A stretch of DNA of 61,364 nucleotides, filler included, from Sphacelaria rigidula (Eukaryota): assembly GCA_964200075.2 (NCBI GenBank). It is 5 parts of 5 records of this genome, joined end to end, with 100 filler letters (N's around TTAATTAATTAA, not from the genome) between each part and the next. Parts side by side here need not be neighbours in the genome. Positions count along the whole stretch, not along the records: positions 36,883 to 49,073 come from CAXNAA020004023.1; positions 49,174 to 61,364 come from CAXNAA020004024.1; 3 more parts are not named here. One strand, written 5' to 3'. Of this stretch, positions 38,691 through 49,719 are shown in pieces. The notes under the pieces were generated by a model. It made no database searches. It was not told the DNA's origin and saw nothing but the letters and a program-made list of their open reading frames with translations. Every line of letters starts with the position of its first letter. The first letter of the stretch is position 1. Made by a program: the position numbers and the translations under genes.

Positions 38691-41600
38691 ATGATCCACG
38701 AGCGACATAAGACGGTACCGTGGATGGTCCATGCGTGCGCCCTGTCTCTGGCGCTTGTGTCGGGATTCATGCTTGGTACCCTCGCAGCTCGGCGCAACAG
38801 AGAACAGACGTTATCATCACAGGATGTGGCGAACAAGCAAAAGCTCACCCGCCGACAGAGCAGGCGAGGTTCCAAGCGGAAGTCGGGTCGTGGCAAAAGT
38901 GAGGACAGCGGCAGAGGGCTCGGTGGAGCTTCACCAAGTACTTATACTGGGGATGATGAGCAACATCAAGACATACCGAAAGGATTGTCCTCAAGGCGAA
39001 GCAAGAGAGGGAGAAACAAACGGCTCTGCCCGAAGGATCTTGCTCTAGACGCGTTTACCAAAGTCGCGCGATCTCACGTAACTTGTATAGGAGCGGGGGA
39101 CTACCAGTCGCTGCTGCTGCTGCCGAGAGCCGCTTTCATGGGCTTCGGTTGTTTTGTCCCGTATGCAAGCTGCCGCGACCGCCTGGTCAACCTCGGACAA
39201 GCCCGGATCGTGACGGCCGGCGTCAATCACCTCCGGATACTGTACGTCAGCTGTTCGTGGGCTAGCACCGGTGGCGTGACGGGCGCAGAAGACGACTTCG
39301 AAACCGTGCGCGCTTTTCTCGAGAGCAACCTGGACCTGGGATATGTGTATATAGGACGATCTTGCGTCGCTAGCGATACAAAGAGGGATGTGCGGGTGAC
39401 ACAGCTCCGCCACGTACCGCTGGCCCTCCTGAGAGCAGATACGATCCTCGTTCTGCCACGCCCAACGACGATGAACCCTGAACACGGTGCAGGTGATCAG
39501 GGGCAGGCGAACCCGGGCGCTCGGCGCCTCAGCGACTTGAGCTTCTACTCACGAGGTGCGTGGTCCCGCATGGAGCTCGCCGTGGCAGCTGTCGGACAGT
39601 CAAAGGTGCTCGTTGCGTTTCGAGCGGCGCCGTTTCCAGAGACGGTCTGGGAGGTGAAGGCAGGCATGACCAACATGAAGGAGGTGGCTAGAAAGGCTGC
39701 AGATGCACTGGAGGCTGCTGCTTCTAGCGCGGCTAAAGCCGGGGTGGGAGTGGATGAAGAGGACGCGACGGCAACGGTGGCGGCGACGGCCGTAAAAGCG
39801 GCCTGTGACAACTGGTTTAGTTCAGAGCTCGATCCACTGGCTTCACTTGGGAAGGCGCGAACAGTAGTGGCAGCTGCGGAGAGTACCGGAGGCGCCGATC
39901 TGCTGCGCCCCATCCAAGAAATGCGACCAATGCCGTCGACAGAAGTCACGGAGGAACTAAGAGCATCACTTGGCGAAGAGAACGTGGCAGGGGACAGGGA
40001 ACTAGCCATGTCGTTATTACTATTCACGGTGCTTTGCACACAACCGAAAGATCGATCAAGTTACACAGATGCTTTTCTGGAGGACGCTGGGAAGATGGAG
40101 GTGGTGTATCGCCCGATAGCGGTGGTACGGAGTCCGTACAGGGAAAGATTCGGGACACCTAGACAGCCGCAAGTAACCACTGCAGTTCTTCAAGGCGGTG
40201 CTTTGGAAGGACGCATTGTATTCCTCAAGGGTCACGGCTACGGTAAGGTTGTTTCAGGGACACATTTAATGCTTGCAATTTCACTGGTAGCGTTTAGCCC
40301 TAGTGTCGTGAGCGGACAGGGACAGCTGAGCGTATTATATGGTTCAACGAAGTGGTCATGGATACAGGATGCCGCTGGGAACTGGGCGGTCTCTGTTGAT
40401 GCCGTCGGATGCATGACGCGTACGAAACATATCCCTGGCTTGGGGATATTTACTGTAGGAGAAACTGTGGGAGCCTGTTGTATGAGGGGTAGTTTACCAC
40501 AAGCGTCTACAGAGGACAAACCAGACTTTTTACGAGACCAAGATATTACTTCATTTGTGTTGCGTACACAAGTTTCTGGGTTTGCATCCTGCCCCAATCA
40601 CTGTCGCTTCAAATAACATATGAATCCGCAGAAGACCGGTCGGGAAATGATATGTGGAAAGCAGCCAGAGTTTCACGAAACGACAGAACAATCTTCTGCA
40701 GAGACTGCTGGCTTGTCGACCAACCACATACAACCATGTGCCTAGATTGTGAACAATATTCTCACTGCTAGCCGACGAAGAACATTGCCTCTGGAAGCCT
40801 AATCTTCCTACAACTACCGAGGAAAAGATGAAGAAAAAGGAGGAGCTGATATTAAGACTGCATGCAGCAGGAGTAAATATCCACGTGTATCTGTAACGAC
40901 GAGGCCCGATTTCTCTAACGTTTCCTTCAGAATCGGAGTCAAAGGCGCATACACCCGAAATTTGGCCCACAAATAGATAGATGTGGTGGTTTCTCAACGT
41001 TCAAGAGAGGCGACCTTCCGCTATGATATTCAAGCAGCCGACTGAGTTTATTCACAGAACATCGCTCTCTTCTACACAAGATGATGAAGATTTCGGTACG
41101 TGCCGCCATATTTGTGCTCCTACAGCTTTCCAAGCAGCACGTTCAACCACTTATCCACATTCGATTCCCTGGAACAACATCCACGCGCCTCTCTGTTTCC
41201 GATTTTTCGCGCAGAGGAGGCGCTCCAAGACCTGAGTGGCTTCCAGATGATCTGGGTGCTCTCCCACATGCATCTCAATAAGGGCTGGAACCGCAAAGTC
41301 CGACCTCCGAGACTGCCGGAAGAACGAAAGGGTCTGTTTTCGACCCGCAGCCCTCACCGACCGAACGCCGTGGCCCTGTCGTCGCTGCGAGTGGACCGCG
41401 TGGACCCAGCCGAAGGCGTTATTTACGTCCATGGTCTGGACTTATTGGACGGTATGCTCTTCACTTCACAGGACGAAAATATGGTGTACGGAGGTAGAAG
41501 TAGTGGTACATCTGACGCCACTGGCGCAATCACGGCGTCACCGGCACCTTCGTATACGGCGGCTGTCCGTTGAGTCACACCATACTGAGCGAAGATATAT

Positions 41601-42514
41601 GCGCGTGCTGCTTACAGTAGATTGCGTGTTGTCTCGCCTCGTGATTGCCACTGAACGAAGGGGTGTCTGATACGTTCGAAAGACTAGCCATGATGAAGGA
41701 GCAGCTGCAAACTAAACAACCGCTTTCGCAACACGTGATTTGCGTCTTATGGCAGGTACTCCAGTGCTGGACATCAAGCCCTATATTGGGTGAGTTCTTT
41801 ACAGAGATAACTACATTTTCATTCTGTGGGTTTTGTTAGGCCAACGTTCCGCTCACGATACCATGTATGAATTTCTTCTACAATTTAACAAATCGCCATG
41901 TGTACAACCTGGCGTTTCTCACGGACCTCTTTGCATATACTGGTCCAGAGCTATTGAAAAAGCGTTATTCGCAAAAAATGTGACGCATATTTGCTATTTG
42001 TGGTCCACGGTCCCTCAAGTGGTGCAATTGTAAAATGACCGAGTGTGGCAGCGGGTGACACTTCTTTCGTAATTTTTTCTACAGGATCAACTTTTGTTTT
42101 GGTGCTAGGGGGCGGCAGTGTACTTTCCAATTGAAGGGGGCACTTCTTTCATTATGACCTCTACACCCTCAACTTTGATTGTGGTTCAAGAGGGGGGGGG
42201 GGGGGTGTACTCATGGTAATGCATGCCATAGGAATAAGACCATTGACCTCGCACCCCTTTTGAGACGTGAAGAGGGGGAGAGGGGTACTTTCCAATTCAA
42301 CATGCTGGCAGAAGCAAGAAGACCTTCAAACCGTGTTGTGTGGATGTGATGCAGGTACTGCGATGCATTTCCGGACATGAAGGCTGGCTGGCTGGAAGAG
42401 CTGGGGTCGGACCATGAGGATCAAGCGGATTTCTTGCACAAATTTAGCGTAGGTGCCGCACTTGTTCACACCACCGAAACCGCGAATGGAGCTGGTGAAT
42501 CCTCCGTTTTGTAG
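38691..42514 (+). CDS. trmO: Fusion protein: N-terminal TM helix + degenerate HET-like domain + TrmO/TsaA (YaeB-like) tRNA m6t6A37 methyltransferase domain; 4 exons, 660 aa
   Basis: Exons 38691-40242, 41215-41451, 41756-41789 and 42355-42514 (phases 1, 1, 2 consistent; 1983 nt including stop). TrmO motifs: PIAVVRSPY.ERFGTPRQP, LQDLSGFQMIWVL, VRPPR, GLFSTRSPHRPNAVALS, GLDLLDGTPVLDIKPY, DAFPD.KAGWL. The TrmO call is strong; the HET-like call is motif-based. Confidence 0.88.
42192..42268 (-). mobile_element. Oligo(C)-tailed retroposon, diverged copy 5 (intron 3 of the trmO fusion gene)
   Basis: (G)14-TGTACTCAT...GACCATTGACCTCGCACCCCTTTTGAGACG; AAGAGGGGG occurs on both sides. Confidence 0.55.
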
Positions 42515-43206
42515 CACCGGGCAACGGCGCACGGGGGAAGAAAATTAATTTGTTTGACACTGGTGTAAGTAAGGCTAAACGTGTGGTGTAAGGTTTTACC
42601 TTTGTCTTGGGATTGCTGACAATCGTGACTGTAAGGATATGTATTGATAAGATATGATGATTTTAAAGGTTGCAAGACCCGACGGGTGGATAGTCAAGTA
42701 CTGCATGCTAGAGTTGCCAAATACTACTGCACTGTACTGTTCAGCCTTTTGTCGGCGTCGTTGTGAAGTGATTCGGGACTGAGTACTGATTGTCCGTAAC
42801 AGGTTGCACAGATGGCCGGTAGTAGTCGAGTATGTGTCGTGAGGATAAAATGGTTTCATGCAATGACGTTTAGAAAGTGTGGCTCATGGTCCTTCCCGTT
42901 GACGGCATATGATGTAGTAAAGGGAATCATCAATAGGTACTACAAAATCAATACGAACTCGGACATTTAGAGGACAGACGCCTCAAATCCCCGGATGGAT
43001 TTATATGAATAAGTAGGCTGCCGAGTGCGATGGTACACCACTTACTACAGCACAGTCAAATCGGTTTTGATCAAGTGAGTGCGTTTATTCGATGGAATGA
43101 ATCAGTTCCGTGAACACTTGATGGAGGCTGAAGCTTCGAGCTACACAACTCTCCTATGAAACGGCTATTCACATGTTGCGTGAACCGCGAAAAAGCCCAT
43201 GTGAGA

Positions 43207-43576
43207 TGTGTGTGTGTGTGTGTGTGTATTGTCGTCCCATCTATTCTAGGCGCCGGTCTACACCTTTCGGTATACATGGGCGCACCAGCCGGGGTCACAC
43301 AGGAGGAAGGACAACACTGGCGCTTTATATTTTTTATTTGTTTTAGTACCCCACCTTCCTTCTGCGCTTCTTGCCTTTATTTTTTATCGCGAGAGGGGTT
43401 AAGCAGTCCCTTTCCCTCGTCGACCGTTAAGTCGAATGTTGTGTACCCGCGACATAGTCGCTCTCCACTGTTGGGCATTCTGTGAGAAAAAATCCCAGAT
43501 CGCACCGAGAATTGAACCCACGACCCAACCGTCAGAAGGTGTCGAGGTTACCCACTGAGCCACCGGGGCGACCGGC
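43207..43576 (-). mobile_element. tRNA-derived SINE, intact copy with (CA)n tail
   Basis: Minus-strand head GCCGGTCGCCCCGGTGGCTCAGTGG (A box) ... GGTTCAATTC (B box); the body is shared with 22008-24067 and ends in a microsatellite tail. Confidence 0.8.
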
Positions 43577-43951
43577 CGAGTATGCCCTATCGAAATGCGC
43601 TCTCAGGTGTGCTATTGTAGAGCGCGTCAGTGATAATTTCAAAATGCCGAAGACACAAGGAAATGAAGACAAAAAAGAGACCGCACGACGGACAAAGGTG
43701 CTTCTGAGATTGCTGCTGTCGCCTGCTCCCTAAAATAGCTTTTACCTGTAAAAGTTCCACAGCCATGCGCGCGTTCAAATAGATGAACGTTTACAGGTAT
43801 GAACTGAGTACATTGTAAAAATGTTTGCGAGTCGGCGAACCGGGAACGGACTGTGACTCTTCGCCTCGATGGGATACTCATGAATATTAATGAAATAGCA
43901 GCAAATCCCCCAGGAGCGTCGAAATTCTAGCTCAGGCGGGGGAGAGGCTTA

Positions 43952-43985
43952 CGCCGTATCCGACAGGGGGGCGGCGCACTTCTAG
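43952..43985 (+). mobile_element. Candidate Helitron 3' terminus
   Basis: GC-rich hairpin CGCCGTATCC-GACA-GGGGGGCGGCG followed 5 nt later by CTAG|T. The 5' end was not identified. Confidence 0.35.
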
Positions 43986-45289
43986 TACAGAGCACTGAAA
44001 TGTATCGACTGATCTGGACAGTTTTTCTCTTATTGTACTACGGCCGACCATCCTCCGTGCGTGGTTGTTTTGTTTGTTTTTGTTCTTGTTATATTTTCCG
44101 CCAGCAGGTTCGCTACCAGATCTCTTTCCCTTCCCCCGCTTCCCTCCCTCTTCTTCTTGCTCTGTCTCTTTTGTGTGTACGCGTACTTGTTTTGGGGTTT
44201 TGTTCCGTTCTGTTTCTCGTTTTCAGTTTTACTCGGTTTGTTTTCTTGCTCTATGTTCGTTCGCTTTTCCCATTTCTCGAGCTTTTTTTCGCCAGTGTTT
44301 CCATTTCCATTTGCATTTGCCTTAATTGGTAGGCACGTCTACCTCGTGGCCGCTACTGGATCCCGAGGGAGCAGTTAATGCGCGACAATCAATCTATCGA
44401 CATAATATACTGTGGTGGCCGCTCCTACTATACCGTTTCAGTAAACTTCGGGTCAGTTTTCGCTTTACGTCGTCAATTGCACGTGAACATGCTCGCCGCA
44501 CAATTTTACCTCGACTTCATCACCCCCTTCCCCCGCGAGAAGACTGATGTAAACCCTGAACACAGAGGATGCTGAAAACTTCGAACTCTCAGTGCCCAAA
44601 ATCCGGGTAGAGTATTAAGATCTTACCCAATAATAACCAGTCATTTGGGTAGAGTTTGGAGATCGGACTATGGCAGCACAAAATAATAATGGCCCTAACT
44701 ATACTCTGGTACCTATAACCCTCCTTATCATATAGGGGGCGGGGGGGGGTGACCCAACTCTCTACCGTTACTTCGCCAACCCTCATCTCTCCTAAGTCTC
44801 TGCTTTAACCATCAAACATTGTTTATGAGAACGCGCCGTGGGAGTGAGAATGAGTCTGACGTTTTTCGTGACTTTTTTCGTTGTCCTGTCAATTTGTTGC
44901 CCATCGGCTTTCAACCGATCGGTCGATAAAATTGAGCAAAGTCACCACAGCCGCCAGAATCCAGAATTACTCTCACTCTCACGGCGCGTTCTCACTTTTC
45001 TTCTCTCGCTGAAATGGGCCCTTTTGACTACCCATTTTCCTCCGCGAAGAAGAAGGTATCCTCAACAATGTACGCCACTGCGCACGTCTGACTCCACGCA
45101 CTTTGTTGTCAGTTTTACTCACCCGTATTTTGCCCCGGCGCACGTCTACAGTAATAAGTGGTGAACAAAAAGTGAGTGGAATAGATTAGGCCAGGGAATG
45201 CAGGGGAGATTACTTTCGGTATAAACTGATATGCAGCCAGCGGGTCTTTTTCTGACGAGCATTTGACTCTCAACGCCGAAAACACGGGT

Positions 45290-46584
45290 TTACACATTGG
45301 GGATCGATTTTTATTGAGGATGAGAAACCCGGAAGATGAAAATCTTCGTGTCCACACCAGATCTTCGAAATATGTTTCCATCCCTCCACTTGTTGATAGC
45401 TATTGACAATTACTACACGCCATACAAATTTGGATTTCGATGACCGAAATGTTGGGGTGCTGGGTTGAAGAACAATTTTGGAGAATTTCGGCGATCTGAT
45501 CGGGTCATCTAAATTCTCCAAAATTGTTTCTTCACCTAAAACCGAACATATCGGTTATCAGGATCTAAATTTGTATGGCGTGTAGTAGTTGTCAATAATA
45601 GCTACTACTAGTAGGTGAAGAGAGTCGAACCATATTTCTAAGATTTGGCGTGGAGCAATGCTACGGTAGGAGTGCACTTTTTGGGCGAAATCTTGTCTGG
45701 TTCAGAGGCTCCTTACAACAACAGTTGTAACTCTAGATGCACAAGAATATGGGTCAGGGCATCTCCGTTTGCAAATTTGTTCGGGATACCCCCATCACAT
45801 TGGGATATAGTAATCCTGCACACGCGGCCATTTGGCTACCTCCAAACTTCGTCCAGGTGGGTACACTTTTCGAGCCTCCAGAGGGATTAAACGCCTCCGG
45901 AGGGGTGCGCGGCCCTCCAGAGGAGATTTTTTCGTTCTCTGCATAGGGGTTGAACGCCTCCGGAGGCTCATTCTTGCCTCTGGAGGGCTGCGCAGCCCTC
46001 CGGGTCGGTAGAGTTTGGTCCCCTCTAGAAGGATGGAGGGCCTCCTGAGGCTTGTTTTCTCCCTGGAGGGCCGCGCATCCCTCCGGAGGCATTTTAGGGT
46101 GTAGCCAAATGGGCGCGTGTGTGGCGTACTCCCACATATTTCATTAATAATCATGTTTTGGTCGAGATAGAGGGCTCCTCATACTTCCAACCTCAGAAAC
46201 CAATTGTGCACCCAAAATCTTCGTATCCGCACCAAATCGTCGAAACATGGTTCCATTTCTTAACCTACGGATAACTATTGACAACTACTACATGTCATAG
46301 AAATTTGGATTTCGATCACCGAAACGTTGGGGTCCTGGGTGAAAAACCAATTCTGGAGAGTTCCGGGTGTCCGAACGGACGCCAAAACGGTTCCGAATTT
46401 GGTTTTTGACCGAGGACCCCAACATTTCGGTGATCGAAGTCCAAATTTCTATGATGTGTAGTAGTTGTCAATAGTTATCAGTAGGTAAAGAAATGGAACC
46501 ATGTGTCGAAGGTTTGGTGTGGGTACGAAGATTGTAATTCTCCGGGTTTCTCAACCCAAAAAAAGATCCATCCCCAATTTGTAA
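45290..46584. repeat. Foldback element whose two arms are themselves palindromes
   Basis: Outer ends are inverted. Internal hairpins at ~45345-45650 and ~46214-46533 are homologous to each other. The core at 45820-46121 has inverted ends and CTCCRGAGG subrepeats. Confidence 0.75.
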
Positions 46585-47467
46585 GATCCGGTGGTGTGGT
46601 ATGAGGACATGATGAGTACCACGTACTGTGGCAACTAAAATTCGTCTGACAAACGTCGACGGGGTGCGAGATTGCTGATCCAATCCGCGGTGCCAGCATG
46701 CAAGCCGTATACGGGTGGAAATATGGGTGGAATTCCTGAGACCATGGAATCATCCCGAGAAAGAGCAGGGAGGGGCTGTTGGAAGTGCCAGTGTCAAGTG
46801 TGACGGACAAAGAAGTCAGGTATTATTCTCTGAACGCGCTGCATGCCACACAAACAAAAATCAAAATGGTTGGGGACAGTCAACCACGATTTCTGTTGTT
46901 GAAAATTATATATGTGTTGTTAGTGTACGGCTGTGAATGGCCCTATGCTGTATTGCGGCATTGAGTAAACAGCCAGCAGTCAACGGCGACGACGAGGTAG
47001 ACCTTGGCGCAAACGGTTTTGTGTTCGCATATGTTTCTGCTACAACTGGCACCTCCATCCCTGATTGGTACTTGCGGGGAAATAGAAAACCCGCCCGAAC
47101 GCAGAAAGCGTCCTATTATCCCGCTATGTGTGCATATGTCTTGAATCTATTATAGTGATTGACGAGACATTCAAATTATTATGCGCAAGGGCAAAAGACC
47201 CTCAGGTCGTATAATGGACTGACTTGGCGCCCCGTACTGCGTAGTCTGCTATAAAGACAACAAAATTATCGTGCAATCGAAGCAGAAATACAAACACCAA
47301 AACGTAAACACACACACAAAATAATGAAGCCCGAGAGTTTCCTCCGACTAGTATCTGTTTCGAATGTCATGATCCAGGCCGGCACAAAAACATTCAAACC
47401 CTCCGTGTGCCTACAGCACAGACAGTACGGTCCTCTGCTGTAATTCGTAACCGGCCAAGAAGAGGGC

Positions 47468-48146
47468 ATGAGCTGGGATGATCCATCAAGCGTGCAGTGG
47501 TGGCTTCCTGCGGGCTATGTAGTGGGCGCAGGTGTGGCGGATATACTGTGGCGAGGGCTTTCTTACAAAAGTACTCGGAAGGAGCAGGATGGCGCTGACT
47601 CCATCAGGGCGCCGCTTCTGCAGCACCAAGCTTCCGGTAAGCGTCAGGGAACATGTTCTTCAGCGAGTTTGAGGATAGGTGTGCTGTAAGGATTCGGGTT
47701 TCGTCTGCATATGTCGGTTTGCATGTAGATTCGAGTGCGTGTCTGTGCTGTCTCTATGGGTGGAAGATTGACTACTGCACTATCTGTATGGGTGGAAGAT
47801 TGACGAGATGTTGCTCGTGTGATCCACTTCCGTCAACTTATTGCGTCATCAACTTTCGTGAGGGCATCGATCGGGAGGGTGATCTCCAGCGTAGCGTCAG
47901 GTTGTTCTGTCGTTGCGTGGCTTGACCTTGGCCCGTTACAACCTGTCGATTACGTACACTATACCGTAGTACATGACATAGTCATTTTCGTAGGCGGTTG
48001 TTGCGTTCATTGACTTATCGTTCGGCCTCGTTCAACCTGATCGCTGTCTCTCTGCAGGCGAGAATAGAGGGCCGCAGTACAATATCACGGCTACGGGCAC
48101 GCTGTGGGCGACCCTGTGTTTCGCAATCGGGCAGTGCATCTACGAG
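47468..48146 (+). CDS. 5' exons of an unidentified membrane protein
   Basis: Exon 47468-47636 (MSWDDPSSVQWWLPAGYVVGAGVADILW...RAPLL; G|gtaagc) joins in phase to exon 48058-48146 (GENRGPQYNITATGTLWATLCFAIGQCIYE|gtatgt). There are two hydrophobic segments; the continuation is unclear. Confidence 0.5.
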
Positions 48147-49719
48147 GTATGTACACGACGTTGTGTGCGCAAAATCAAGCAGTATAGCAACCGCATGTAA
48201 CTTCGGCTCCCCCGTGATGTGGTATGCGCGTTCTGTGTACGTGACTCTTTTTGCAATCGGCTGTACGGTCTGGTACTACTCTATTCCAGTATACCGTCCC
48301 CTGCTCGTTACTAAAATAGCTGAACGGTCTGTACAACAGAATCACCGTTCGCCTCTTGTGTGCCGGGGTCCATGTCCAGCCAGCCAACTGTGTTACGAGG
48401 ATCCCACCCACCAAGGGCGGAACCTGTCGACGATAACACGCGAACGTTCAATGACCACAAACTACACCCGATTAGCCCGTCTACACGGCACGTTGCAACT
48501 TTCTTTTTGATCATGAAATGGCAGCGGGGCTGCTCCTTCATTTTGTGGCTAGAGTCATTGCGCAGTCTACCGGGATGGGTGCAGCCCTCATGACCGCACC
48601 ATCGTGACCAACAAAAGCACCCCTGATTCGGTCTGCTGGACTTGATGGCACAAACTCAAGCAGGTAGTTAGAGCGCATCCATACAGTACAGCAGTCGCAC
48701 TTTCATGTCTGGCGTTGCTGCTTGCGATCGTCGCCGAGAGCGTTCCCGTTAAACGAGAGAGAGCAACTGCGGGACAAACGGGATGTTTCCACGGGAAAGG
48801 CGGTATTTTGTATCCACCTGCATTTACAGCCCGTACTGGTGTCCTTACCGTCTGTTGAGATGCGCTGCACTGTAAGCTGTACCGCACGGTAATACGATTA
48901 TGCACACGGTGCAACTATCGTTCAGCGTCTTGAGCGCATGCGGAATTGTCCGTTAGGCAGAGACAGAGACGACCCCCCGCCCCCCCCCCCCCCCCCCCCC
49001 CCCCAACCAACCCCACCCGCCACCGACCCCCACCTTTCGCTGCGCCTCGTGGGTTGGGTTGGCTATGTGTTTTNNNNNNNNNNNNNNNNNNNNNNNNNNN
49101 NNNNNNNNNNNNNNNNNTTAATTAATTAANNNNNNNNNNNNNNNNNNNNNNNNNNNNNNNNNNNNNNNNNNNNAAAGCCGAGCACAATGAGAAGCTGGGA
49201 GTTCTAACGCTTGGGTTCGTTCTAGACAATGTCGCAAATATGAGGCGCTTCATGCAGCCTGAATCCGAACATCAGGCGCTGTATGGCCATTTTTTCGTGA
49301 CAATTTTAGCTGGGTTTGGGGGGGGGGCTATCGTAGAAAGTGTCTACTATAATGGAAATGCTTGTCTTGTGTCTCGTTCGAATCACGTGTTTCATGCTAA
49401 TAATAAAAACTGCCTGTACTGCAGTATGGTTGCGTCCTTGCATTCCTCGACGAAAACCACGGTTCCCACCCCTTGCACGGTATACAGTTCACAGTTCGTG
49501 ATATCCAGAGCATGTGGGTTGCGTTCATATCATGCATATCCGTTTTTAAACTGGTACGGTATAAGATGTGGTACAGCACGCAGCATCGGCAGTACTACCT
49601 CGTAGATCGAAAAAAAACTGGTTCATCACATCTCCAAGTGCAACAACGATGGACTCGCCGGCATCCCTTCTGCGTGTTTTCGAATCAATCGTGATGAAAC
49701 ATGAGGAGCATTGCTGTCG

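Noticed and set aside
40243-40616. C-terminal 124 aa of the 641-aa ORF in the track
   Set aside because: This is read-through into intron 1; TrmO homology resumes only after splicing G|gtaagg to 41215.
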